Below, one piece after another: positions 38,100 through 49,315 of a DNA stretch of 64,000 nt. Below the pieces are notes generated by a model. The model made no database searches, was not told the DNA's origin, and worked only from the letters and a program-made list of their open reading frames with translations. This DNA is from Octopus sinensis (Eukaryota). The stretch lies in NCBI RefSeq assembly GCF_006345805.1, contig NC_043009.1, positions 35,092,001 through 35,156,000 on the forward strand, in the 5' to 3' direction. The position numbers were made by a program, and so were the translations under genes. How positions within the stretch are numbered: the first letter of the stretch is position 1; every line of letters begins with the position of its first letter.

Positions 38100-40250
38100 A
38101 GGAGGAATGGACCCTAGGAGTAGTTTCAAACCTATTTATATTTCTATTTTCTTGCCATATTTCCGACTACCTGTCTCTACCATGCTAGAGGCGAAGGAAG
38201 CTGAAAGCAAAGCTGTTCCGTGTGAACGCACGCAGGCATTAGAAGGCACCAATGATTCTGCTACTATAACCACTGGCTCCACCAATGCTAACACCACTAC
38301 CGCCATCACCACCACAACCCACACGAGTACTGAAAACAATTTTGCCGCAGCTTTAATGTTAAAGAAAAGCCATGTGCCTTTCCAAAGAAGAACTGCTTGC
38401 CTGTAATGCAATGTTAAATAAAGACGACCTCAGCAGACAACTACAGTCACCACAAAACATCAAGGAAAAAGTCGAAAAAAACTCAATTATTTACAGGACG
38501 CTCAACCTAAAAACAAGGCTATACGAAAAGGCCACTCAAGAAAATGTTGAAAAATGTTTAAGGCCTATATGGGCCTTTAAAGACTACATCATGCGGGGAA
38601 ACAGATTTGACACGATCGAAGTTGATTCGACAGTGAAGAAAGAGTCAAGGACCTCTCCACAAAGTCCTTCCAATTTGAAAATTTACTGATGATCCTTACA
38701 TACCTTGGTCGTAGAGTCACAAAAACTAAAATAAAGAATGTGCCCCCTGAAATAGAAATAAAATGACTCGTGTCTGCCATTTGCTATGACATCGAGGAAA
38801 TCCATATCTTGGAAATCGCTGTCGTGGACTAGCAAAACTGGATTGACCAAGAAATTGAAATTCTTGCTCAAATTAATCCGATGATTTTGGAAAAAATTCC
38901 ACATTGAATCTAATTAACAGCGGAAGCTGGCGACGCTGAGGGGCACCCCACGAGAGCGTGTCTACATGCAAGCACATCGACCTGGACGGCGAGGCACTAA
39001 AAAAATACGAAGCGGTAACGGGACCAAAAATTAACCGAGAGAAGTCAGTGGGTTTGCGGCTCGACACCTGGAGAAGCAAGCCCATGCGTTCCAACAGCGT
39101 CTCCATTGTAGGACGCTGGACCGACGGACCGGTTAAATTGGTTGGAGTCTGGTTCGGTCTGGACCTCCAAATGGAGAAGAACTGAGGCGAAATAACGACT
39201 AGAGTGGCCACTCTCACCCAGCAATGGTCGGGCGGAGATGGCGAACGCGTACATCGCATCCGTCATCGAGTGCCGTCTAACCGTCATGCCTTGTCCCGAC
39301 CCTACCATCACCAAACTGGAACGCTTCTTGTGGAAGGGAAGCGTTCCGATGGTTAGGCGATCCATTTGCTGTCAACACGCCTTGGTTGATGATGCGCAGA
39401 CATGCACTGAGACCACGACATCCCCGGCACTTCGCAGTCGACGGTGAACAGGTGTGGTCGCCTTTTGTGTGACGCGCTTTCCCACAGCTCGTCTCCTTGG
39501 CCGAACTACAGTCGTGGATCAAACTGAGACCGAGGCTAGGCGAATGGCACCGCGAGTGCCGCGTTGCTCTCAAGCAACTCTGCCGTCCGGGACCAAACGT
39601 GTGCGACTTCATTACAACAAAGGCGTTCTAGAGAAAATTAGTGGAGGGGAGGCGCGACGACGTTCTCGGGCAGAATCTGGGCATCGGCGAGGAACACCTG
39701 ACCCGCCTGTTCAGGACAACTTTTGGTCCGGGACCTATGGACAATCACCAATGTTCCCTGGCCTGGCAGTGCTATCGAGAAGCATTACCTGTTCGGGATA
39801 AGCACGGTTCGAGACACATCGGACCGACTTGCGCGAGATGCGGTCAGAGCGACGAAATCGTTCTGCACATACTCGTGCATTGTCCTACCATTTCGGACCT
39901 GTGGGCTTATGCCGAACGGCTGCTATCTCGTGTGGGACGAGCCCGCCTGTCGGCCGAGTCTGTCGCGTGGATTGCTCCGCCACCTTCCCTCAACCGGGAA
40001 TGCAAGACAGTCTTCATCGTACTGGTGGCCATGGTGAAAGAATGTGTGTGGTAGACTCAAGCAAAAGGATTAGAGACAAACACTTACCTCTCTGGCCAAT
40101 CGCTCATCAACTTTTTCAAGTACAACTTCAAAAGGAAGGTGAGAATGGAGAGGCAGGTTTTGTCTCGTGAAAGTTAAAAAAAAATATGGGTGAATGTTGC
40201 AAAGATTGTGCGTGCGAGCGACGAAACCACTTTGAGCATGATCCTGTAAA
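38100..40250 (+). mobile_element. Tx1/L1-group LINE, internally deleted (ORF1 remnant plus ORF2 3' part with CCHC motif)
   Basis: ORF1-like YLGRRVTKTKIKNVPPEIEI..; ORF2 KINREKSVGLRL..VKLVGVWFG..FLWKG..CARCGQSDEIVLHILVHC..MVKECVW; ends at (TA)n(GA)n. Confidence 0.82.
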
Positions 40251-40253
40251 TCG

Positions 40254-40325
<72 letters not shown>

Positions 40326-41229
40326 CACTTTGCTCTCATTGTTTTATGTTCTCCTTGCCTGAGGTTAACGTGGTCTTTTCTGTCGGCTTTTCTTTCTGCG
40401 GATGAACCTAATCTCGTTTCTTACTTTTTAAAAGATTTCTTTCTGTGATACACAATCCCTTTTGATCGCTTTCTTTTATTTTCCCGATCCCTTTTGATCG
40501 ATAATTCTCGGAAATTCAAGCACACACATATACACAACGCGCACACACTCTCTTTGTGTGTGTCTCTCTCACACGCACTCTCACATACACGTCATGATCT
40601 ATACAGAGGCTTACAATTATCAATGCATGTATTATGTATGTATGCTCTTTTTACAAGTGTGCTTTGGGTAGATGCGTGTAAGCATACTATGTATGAAATA
40701 TATATTGTTTAAAATACGCAATGCGCAAGCATATTTGACACATTCATACATGTATGAATATTTGGGAGTGTGTGTGCATGCGTAAGTGTGGTGCATGCTC
40801 ATAGCTATATGAGGGATGCATAAATACTTGCACACCATCCACACACGCGCGAGCGCGATTTCGCATAGTCGTTGTTCATGAGGAGAAAAAAATCACCAAA
40901 CGACAGAAAAGTTTTGTATGTTATTTCATTGATAGTGAATGATTGTTATTCGCCGCATTTCTCAAAGCCAGTATAGGTTTAAAGGTGAATATTAGACGAC
41001 AGAAATTGGTGAAGCAATGTAAACGATTAGACTAAAGTAATGAGAGATTGAGAGAGTGTATGAAAGATGATCACAAATGTAATCACATGAAATATCACAT
41101 GAAACACGTTGTGGGTCCTCATGGCAGCAATTATTTCAGGACTTTATATTACAATGAATATTTATGAGAATAAAAATATGCACTGAAATATCAACAAAAT
41201 CTCTCTCACTCTCTCTCTCCCTCTGTATA

Positions 41230-41261
<32 letters not shown>

Positions 41262-41287
41262 AACACACACATATATATATATATATA

Positions 41288-41334
<47 letters not shown>

Positions 41335-41367
41335 TTATATATATATTATATATATATTATATATATA

Positions 41368-41411
<44 letters not shown>

Positions 41412-41442
41412 CATTTATATATAGAAAATTTATAAATAGAAG

Positions 41443-41490
41443 GTCTTACAGCTGTTTCCGGGATATATTATATATCCCTTCGTCGGAGAC
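41443..41490 (-). ncRNA. Hammerhead-like motif, core CCGACGA (U4C)
   Basis: GTCT-CCGACGA-A-GGGATATA-TAA-TATATCCC-G-GAAA-CAGCTG-T-A-AGAC. Confidence 0.6.
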
Positions 41491-41581
41491 GGTGTGAGAA
41501 ATTGGTTAAACAATAGTTAATTTAGATTAGGTATGAAATATCTTATCTAAATTGACTATTGCTTAACCATTCTCTTACACC

Positions 41582-41629
41582 GTCTCCGATGAAGGGATAG
41601 TTAAAATATCCCGGAAACAGCTGTAAGGC
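41582..41629 (+). ncRNA. Hammerhead-like motif, core CCGAUGA (U4C)
   Basis: GTCT-CCGATGA-A-GGGATA-GTTAAAA-TATCCC-G-GAAA-CAGCTG-T-A-AGGC. Confidence 0.6.
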
Positions 41630-41975
41630 CTATTTATAAACGTTCTTAAATATTTCACAGCCTTGGTTTTATTATCTCGTTCTGAAAATTTTCTTTTAAA
41701 TGCACATGCTGATATATGACCTACGTTGGACTCCTTATCCGCTTAATCACTGGATTAACCTGAAGTTTAACTATGGTCTGTCCATAGCCCTTACTCAGTA
41801 TTACCTGACACCTTCGGGTCTTATTGACACCATTACCTCTCATAACCTATATATATATATGTTGTACACATCGATATAATATATACATATACACATGCGC
41901 ATATGTATATGTATTTCCAAGTATATATGCATGCGTGTATGTATATATTTATATTATGGCCGTTCCTTGATTTTG

Positions 41976-42013
<38 letters not shown>

Positions 42014-42043
42014 TATATAATATATATATATATATAATATATA

Positions 42044-42089
<46 letters not shown>

Positions 42090-42113
42090 TATATATATAT
42101 ATATAATATATAT

Positions 42114-42144
<31 letters not shown>

Positions 42145-42489
42145 CAGACGTTCTTCCATATGCCTCATCATTAAGTAGAGCATATCTTTGTCACATATAT
42201 CTATGTCTGAGTGCAGGGAGAGAAGAGAACTATTCATACCGCATTAATAACGGTATTAAAGCCATCAAATGGGAGATGTGAGACAGATATAATAGCAATA
42301 GATATTTGAACGAGCAACATATCTGTATAAATAGCGATTTGGCGAAGTGGTTAAATGTATGAAAGTATATGTCAAGGTATAACGTACTTAATCATTGCTC
42401 TAAATAATGGAAGGAAATATAATTTATTAGATCACACACATATACATAAGCACACTCTAATGACTGAAATAAGTAAAATATGAAAGAAA

Positions 42490-42532
<43 letters not shown>

Positions 42533-42564
42533 CATATATATATATGTATGCATGTATGTGTGTG

Positions 42565-42733
42565 TGTGACAATTATTCGGTAGCCATGATAAAACTCCGA
42601 GTTTCGGATGTCGGAGCGGAAAACCACGTCGGCATCTCTTCAGTCATCGGGTCATCGGAAAAAATGCTATCTGGGGTTTCCGCCCAACATCCGAAACTCG
42701 GAGTTTTTTCATGGCTACCGAATAATTGTCACA
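42565..42733. repeat. Fold-back palindrome carrying a hammerhead motif
   Basis: GACAATTATTCGGTAGCCATGATAAAACTCCGAGTTTCGGATG... / ...CATCCGAAACTCGGAGTTTTTTCATGGCTACCGAATAATTGTC. Confidence 0.9.
42588..42648 (-). ncRNA. Type-I hammerhead motif, canonical core CUGAAGA
   Basis: GATGA-CTGAAGA-GATG[22 nt]CATC-C-GAAA-CTCGGAG-T-T-TTATC. Confidence 0.65.
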
Positions 42734-43029
42734 TATTATATATATATTAGAAGAAATGAGGTACTCAGCAATCTGGATGGTTTTATATTTACAGATATTT
42801 TTATGAATCATATATCATATATACAGATATTTATTATTATGTTACCTGTTTTTATAAATCATATATCATATATTTGCGCTTTCGTCCACTCTGGAGGAGT
42901 TGTCAAATTGAACTTTTGCAGGAATTTTGTCTCTTTTTAAAGTATTATTGAATGTGTAGGGGTGGGGAGAGATATAAGATAGTACAAGAGGGTGAGGAAT
43001 GGGGAGAAAGGGAGAGAGAGCGCGCGTGT

Positions 43030-43640
43030 GTGTGTCTATGTGTGTGTGTGTTTGTATCTGAAAGGGTGTTAAAGAAAAAGCGAAGGAAAGGAAGAAGAAA
43101 AAATTGTTGATATCTTTGCAGCTGGTCAGTCTTTCAATAGTAAATAATTCGTAGCTTTTAGAAATGGCAAACCCAGCTGGTCACTCCAAGGGGGGCAAAA
43201 TGTCCTTTTCAAAGAATTGTCTGGATTTCTTTTAATCATTGTCTTGTGAGAGTGTGCGTGTGTGTATGTGCGCGCGTGTGTGAGGGTGTCTGTGTATCTG
43301 AAAGAAGTGTCAAATGGAAAAGGGAATGAAAGAAAGGAGGAGAGAAAGAAGAAAAAATGTGTTTACATTTTGCAGCTGGTCAGTCTTTCAATAGTAAATG
43401 ATTCTTGACTTTTAGAAATGGCAAACACAACTGGTCACTTCAAGGGGGGCAAAATATCATTTCTCAAAAAATTCTCTGGATTTCTTTTTATCATTGTTTT
43501 GTAAGTGTGTGTGTGGTGGGGTGGTGCCTGTGTATCTGAAAGGGGTGTCGATGGAGAAGGGAAGAAAGAAGAAAGAGAGGAAGAAGAAATATCTGTGTTG
43601 ACATCTATACAACTGTTCAGTTCTTTCAATCCAATGTTTG
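43030..43640. repeat. Degenerate tandem repeat, about 240-255-bp unit, 2.5 copies
   Basis: GTATCTGAAAG at about 43054, 43294 and 43532; TGCAGCTGGTCAGTCTTTCAATAGTAAA at 43117 and 43371. Confidence 0.85.
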
Positions 43641-43675
43641 ATACCTGTGCTGATATGGGTTGGAGAATCTGGATG

Positions 43676-44222
43676 AAAGATTGTTTTTATTTATGTATAT
43701 GTACATATATGCAGTACTGTGTATGTGTGTGTGTGTGTTTGTGTGTGTTTAATACAATTTACTTTACAAAATTGGTCCTTCATCTAGTACAAATTATTAC
43801 AGAAATATTTTCAGCCATTCAATTTGGGGGAGAATTTTGTAATGAAGTATTTTTCCATATTTCTCCTGAAGAAGGTGTCATTCTTTGGACATTTGTAGAA
43901 CGGAAAGATCTTAAATTTTCCTTCTACACATCTAGGTGTTTATTTTAGAAGTAAACTCCTACATACATGTGGAGAAGGAAAATTTAAGATCTTTTCCATC
44001 AACAAATGTCCAGAGAATGACACCTCCTTCAGGAGATATATGGAAAAATACTTCATAACAAAATTCCACCGCCCCCAAATTGAATGGCTGAACATATTTC
44101 TGTAATGATTTATACTAGATGAAAGACCAATTTTGTAAAGTAAATTGTATTAAATACACACACACGCACACACACACACATTACTACGCATATGTACATA
44201 TATATAAATAAAAATAATCTTT
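43676..44222. mobile_element. Fold-back (inverted duplicate) of a Penelope-like element 3' end, arms about 265 bp
   Basis: The arms are reverse complements. Each encodes, pointing outward, KFKIFPFYKCPKNDTFFRRNMEKYFITKFSPKLNG*, a GIY-YIG C-terminus-like sequence. Confidence 0.85.
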
Positions 44223-44864
44223 AAAACAGCAAATCGACCCCAGGACTTATTCTTTGTATGCCGGATGTTATTCTTTGCCGGATGTTAATTAAATTAATAT
44301 CTAATTTCTCACCCTCATTTTAAATTTAAATTTAAATTAATACGTTCTCTAACCGGCAAAGGCCACTGCAATAAAGTACTATCTGGAGCATCAAGTTTTC
44401 CGGTCGGTAATTTAGCACGCCAAAACGAGGGCATTCGAAATAGTAGCCACGAGTGTAATGGGTTGAACTGTTTACAAGTCTGACTTTGTGCGGACGTTCA
44501 AGCATGCAGTCCTCCAAATTATATTCATCTGGACGGTCGCACCGATGATCTACGGAAATGTAAGTAAAATTACGTAATATATTAATAGTGAAACATGTAT
44601 GCGAATAATCCTTATTTCTATTGTTTTTTCTTTTGTCTTGCGTGATTACGTTTTGGTTGTTTTGCTAAATTTCTTGAGAACATTTCTTAGTGGTAAGACC
44701 ATAGCGGATCTATTTCTAGCATAAGGGTGTCCACATAGTCGTTTCCCTCTAATATGTATATAATACAATTTTACTGAACCTTAAGTTTTTTTTTTATATG
44801 CTAGACCACTGGTGTGAAATCGATGTTAATTAAATTAATATCTAATTTCTCACCCTCATTTTAA

Positions 44865-44896
<32 letters not shown>

Positions 44897-44950
44897 ATAT
44901 ATATATATTATATATATATATATATATTATTATATATATATATATATATA

Positions 44951-45129
44951 GGCGCAGGAGTCGATGTGTGTGGTAAGTAGTTTGCTTACCAACGTCATGG
45001 TTCTGGGTTCAGTCCCACTGCGTGGCACCTTAGGAAGTGTCTTCTACTATCGCCTCGGACCGATCAAAAGCTTGTGTGCGGATTTCATAGAAGAAGCCCG
45101 TCGTATATATATATTTATATATATATATT

Positions 45130-45161
<32 letters not shown>

Positions 45162-45250
45162 CGTGTGTGTATGTGTGTGTGTTTATCTCCTCCAACATCG
45201 CTAGACATCCGATGCTGGTGTATTTACGTCCCCGTAACTTAACGGTTCGG
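44951..45250 (+). mobile_element. tRNA-derived SINE, family C, 3'-truncated at a PLE junction
   Basis: GGCGCAGGAGT..GTGGTAAGTAG..GGGTTCAGTCCCACTGCGTGGCACCTT..GAAGCCCGTCGTATAT. Confidence 0.85.
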
Positions 45251-45261
45251 GGACGTAAATA

Positions 45262-45760
45262 AGCCTACATTTAGGATTAGATAGGAAGTTCTTTTTATGG
45301 TCCTTGATAATTATACAGGCCGCTTTTTTGGGGGGAAGGACCTCTTTTTTTTTATCTAATTTATGTCTGGTGGCGATAATGCTAGCTTCTCCATTAATTT
45401 CGTTATAAATTTGTGGCCTAGCTTTGGTGTACTTATTGATGAAGCTGTTGTGTAGGAGTCGTGAATATGTGCTGTTAAGGTATAAATAAATTCTTGTTGT
45501 CTTCAGAAAATAGTGCCATTTTTTGGGGAACTCTTTATGTATTTGATATATTTTTTTCAGTTTCTGTTGGAAAGTGTTAAAAGACTTACGAAATTTTATT
45601 TTGTTCATGAGCTTCAGTAGGTTTGCTTTGAAGTCTTCCAAGCCTTTGATTTTTGGAGGGAATTTCTTTGATTTAGTTCCATAGAATATGTTCTCAGTAG
45701 TGTCCTCTTCCATGTTGTAAAAGAAAGCTTTCTATCTCATACGCTTAATACAGGTGTCAG
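45262..45760 (-). mobile_element. Penelope-like ORF segment N-terminal to and entering the RT
   Basis: FYGTKSKKFPPKIKGLEDF..KIKFRK..FQQKLK..INGEASIIA..IIIKDHKKNFLSNPKCRLI (ORF 45201-45713). Confidence 0.85.
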
Positions 45761-45764
45761 TTAC

Positions 45765-46150
45765 AACATTCATTGGAAGATCTTAGCCAAGTGTAATCCT
45801 TACACCAACGGCAGTGGAAAGTGCGGTCTTTGTGATATGGAATGTTGGCTCATCTGGAAAAACAGCTTAGACCCCGATACATGTCTAAATTCAAGAACTG
45901 AACTTTTTGGTTCCTTTCCACTCGTGGATAAATATTTGTTACGCTTTTTGGTCCCCCGAAATCACAGATAAAACTTGCTTTTTATATTGTGTCCACGTAC
46001 AATCGTTTTATGTTTCTATACTTTTGATATATATTTCGTATATATTTTTACATATTTTTTACGTATTTATATATATATATTTTAATATTTTTACACATTT
46101 TTCCTGTATTTTACCTTTCACCCTGCATTTTTCTTGTGCATGTGCGTATA
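45765..46150 (+). mobile_element. Penelope-like 3' end (endonuclease C-terminus and UTR), inverted relative to 45262-45760
   Basis: WKILAKCNPYTNGSGKCGLCDMECWLIWKNSLDPDTCLNSRTELFG. Confidence 0.8.
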
Positions 46151-46216
46151 TAGACGTGTATTTAAATTTTTGTGCGTGTGTGTGCGTATGCGTTTGTGCG
46201 GGTATGTACATAGAAT

Positions 46217-46822
46217 TTTTCCAAAAAATATAAATTATATTGGATGGGTCTTTTATGCGCACCGTGTATGTAAGGTGACGCTTTGTCTAAATTCTCCATG
46301 AATTGTGTATAGAGCCAAAGTGCAGATAGAAGGCTCACACGAATATAGAACATACACAGGGGACTCTGAAAATTCTTTGAAGACCCGATTTTATTCTCAT
46401 AGAAATTCCTTCCGATACCCCGAAAATAGGACAAAGCCTGGCAAAATATTCTGGGAATCAAAAGAAGATGAAACCCGTCCTTTCAACGTGACATGGAGAA
46501 TTTTAGATAAAGCATCACCTAACAGACACGGTGTGCATAAAAGACCCATCAAATGTAATTTAATTATTTGGAATAATTCTATATTATATTCCAAAACAAT
46601 AACACTGTAAATCAAAGACTCGAACTCTTGAATTCCTGCAGACACGCAACGAAATTTAAAATGTCAGCTGAGAAAATACCATTTGGATAGTATATATTTT
46701 TTGTATTTTGAACTAGTTTTCAATCCTACGTTTGAATTTGTATGTGTAATGCATGGTTATTTCGCATCGCAAAGATATTGTATATATTTCGACGTATTTT
46801 TTAAGAAAACGTTCGACTGTTA

Positions 46823-46855
<33 letters not shown>

Positions 46856-46860
46856 CAAAT
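46217..46860 (+). mobile_element. Penelope-like GIY-YIG fragment preceded by a short inverted copy of itself
   Basis: VYRAKV..TYTGDSENSLKTRFYSHRNSFR..VTWRILDKASP..LLNSCRH; 46217-46300 is the reverse complement of about 46492-46578. Confidence 0.85.
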
Positions 46861-47026
46861 TGAGATATGGGTTGTAAATGCAACCCTCCATGGGATAACA
46901 TATATCCAATATACTGCTAGTGAAGTACCCAACTAGGTTAATACATAAATGTTAAGGATTGCGATGCACTCAATTCATTTACTGTATTATATGGGCAAAG
47001 GTAAAATGTTTTACCACAAATTTATA

Positions 47027-47297
47027 ATACAAAATAAGAAAATGGAGAAATACATCTAAATCAAATATCAATTACCAGATAATACTCAATCACATACTTA
47101 TTATACCACCACATAAGAAACTATAGGGTTAAACATAAAAAAGTAGAGCAAAACAGTGTACATAAAGGAGTATACTACTTTTGTTTATGTTTAACCCTAT
47201 AGTTTCTTATGTGGTGGTATAATAAAGTATGTGATTGAGTATTATCTGGTAATTGATATTTGATTTAGATGTATTTCTCCATTTTCTTATTTTGTAT
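47027..47297. repeat. Near-perfect inverted repeat, arms about 120 bp, spacer about 28 bp
   Basis: ATACAAAATAAGAAAATGGAGAAATACATC...AAACATAAAAAAGTAG / CTACTTTTGTTTATGTTT...GATGTATTTCTCCATTTTCTTATTTTGTAT. Confidence 0.93.
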
Positions 47298-47510
47298 ATA
47301 TATATATATATATATATATACTGCAAATTTAGGGTGAATACTGGATAAGTGTAAGCAGCTGTATGCGCCAGATAGTGGCAGAGGTGAGAGAGAATATATC
47401 AAATAAAATCAAAAACAGAACACAGAGGATACATCAGAACACTGATGTAATGAACAGATCGTTTATAAAGCTTGAAACACGTGTACCGTTTCTGTTATTG
47501 ATTTTAGTTG

Positions 47511-47544
<34 letters not shown>

Positions 47545-47969
47545 ATTTTCATTTTTAAGGTTTTATTTTTATTTCATTTTATTGTATTTTACAAACACAT
47601 TTAATTGTTATATCTATAGATAATTCGATATATGGTGCTCCATTTTGCATGTCTTTTATCCGATTTTTATTATTATATACTCAGCAATTTTTTTTAAAAT
47701 GTTGTTTGTATATATACGTCAGGGCCTAGATATGATTTTATGTGGATATCTGAATTGTAGGCATGCATATGTATTTGTATGCTTGTGTCTGTATATAGTT
47801 GTATATGTGCAAGAAAGCGTGTATGTTTATACTTGTACACATACGTACATGGATGTATATGTATACATGTATATACTTATATTTGTGTGAATATGTATTT
47901 ACGTGCATATTTCCATATATTTGTATACGTGATCTTATATGTTTAATTATATGCTAATATATACTTATG

Positions 47970-48021
<52 letters not shown>

Positions 48022-48733
48022 ATTTTATTTTATGTGTACGATTGTTACACATATTCCGTCACCTACTTCCCTTTTCTTTCTTTACGCAAAGTATCCTTTC
48101 TCTCCCTATTCGTTAAAATATGCGTCCTTAAACAATGCGTTCCACTTCTCCCTTCCTCTTACTTCCCTCTTTCTTTCATTAGCATTTACATTTAGGGTTT
48201 TTCTTTTCTTTTTCTTTTCCCCTCCGTACATTTAAGATATACTTCCTATCTCTCTTGTCTGTTATAACTGACTTCTATAAGCATGCACCAATAGATTTTT
48301 GTACGCGTGCATGGTTGCATTCATATATGTACATGTGTATTTGTGCCTATATTTATGTCTTACAAATATATACCTGTATATGTATGTAACTATGTGCATG
48401 CATCTGTGTATTTTGATGTATATTTATATTATACATGGTCTAGTATGGTTATGTACTGTTGTAAAATATTTATGTAATACAGCGTGAAAGTTTTAATTTT
48501 AATGTATTAATTGACTTATATTTCGTATATAATTATTTACAAAATGTATTTTGAATCTATTCTTCGATTTAGACTTTTCTTCGATTTTACAATAGGATGT
48601 ATCTATATTGAATTCATTCATTTTGTTCATTGCATGCTTAAGACTGTTAATGGAAAGGACTAATGAAACAAACCAATTTTTAAAGGTGTATCCTTTAATT
48701 AGTTTTGATTATATCGTTATTTCTGTTCCATTT

Positions 48734-48788
48734 TAACAAAACTGTCCGACGAACGGGAACGTGAAACTCTGAGTAGCAGCTTTTGTTA
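48734..48788 (+). ncRNA. Type-I hammerhead-like motif, core CCGACGA, extended stem I
   Basis: TAACAAAACTGT-CCGACGA-ACG-GGAA-CGT-GAAA-CTCTGAG-T-A-GCAG(C)TTTTGTTA. Confidence 0.65.
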
Positions 48789-48942
48789 TATTTCTGCTGC
48801 TTTTAAATAAAGTATATATATATAACGGGAAGCTTTATGAAAATAGACAAAAGACGAAGACAGGTTTACGGAAATAAACAAAAGACGAAGGCAGGTGGAA
48901 TACAAACAAACAATTGTATTAGTATGGCGCTCAGGAAATATA

Positions 48943-48989
<47 letters not shown>

Positions 48990-48996
48990 CACATTC

Positions 48997-49315
48997 TGTG
49001 GTTAGGGCGTTCAGCTCACAATCATGAGGTTGTGAGTTCGATTCCCGCACTGGGCTGTGTTGTGTTTTGACTGAGACACTTTATCTTACTTTGCTCCAGT
49101 TAACTCAGCTGTCGGCATGAGTTTCGATGTCACTGGAGCCGAACTATATCGGTCTTTGGTTTCCCTTTGGATAACATCGGTGGCATGGAGAGTAGAATCT
49201 GGTATGCATGGGTAACTACTGATATTTCATAAAGAAATTTGCCCCGACTTATACCGCTGAGAGTAACATTCTACGTGCAATCGCATGATCACTTACAACC
49301 GAATGGATGGGGGAG
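48997..49315 (+). mobile_element. tRNA-derived SINE, family D (diverged)
   Basis: Colinear with 26476-26815; B-box-like GTTCGATTCCC. Confidence 0.8.

Larger units (their letters stand above)
41408..41646. repeat. Fold-back palindrome (arms about 105 bp, loop about 3 nt) containing two hammerhead-like motifs
   Basis: AGGTCTTACAGCTGTTTCCGGGATA..GTCGGAGACGGTGTGAGAA.. is the reverse complement of ..TTCTCTTACACCGTCTCCGATG..TATCCCGGAAACAGCTGTAAGGCCT. Confidence 0.92.

Noticed and set aside
42565-42733. Classical MITE with 45-bp TIRs
   Set aside because: No TSD is evident, the arms align to the centre, and they contain a hammerhead motif; reinterpreted as a retroelement fold-back.
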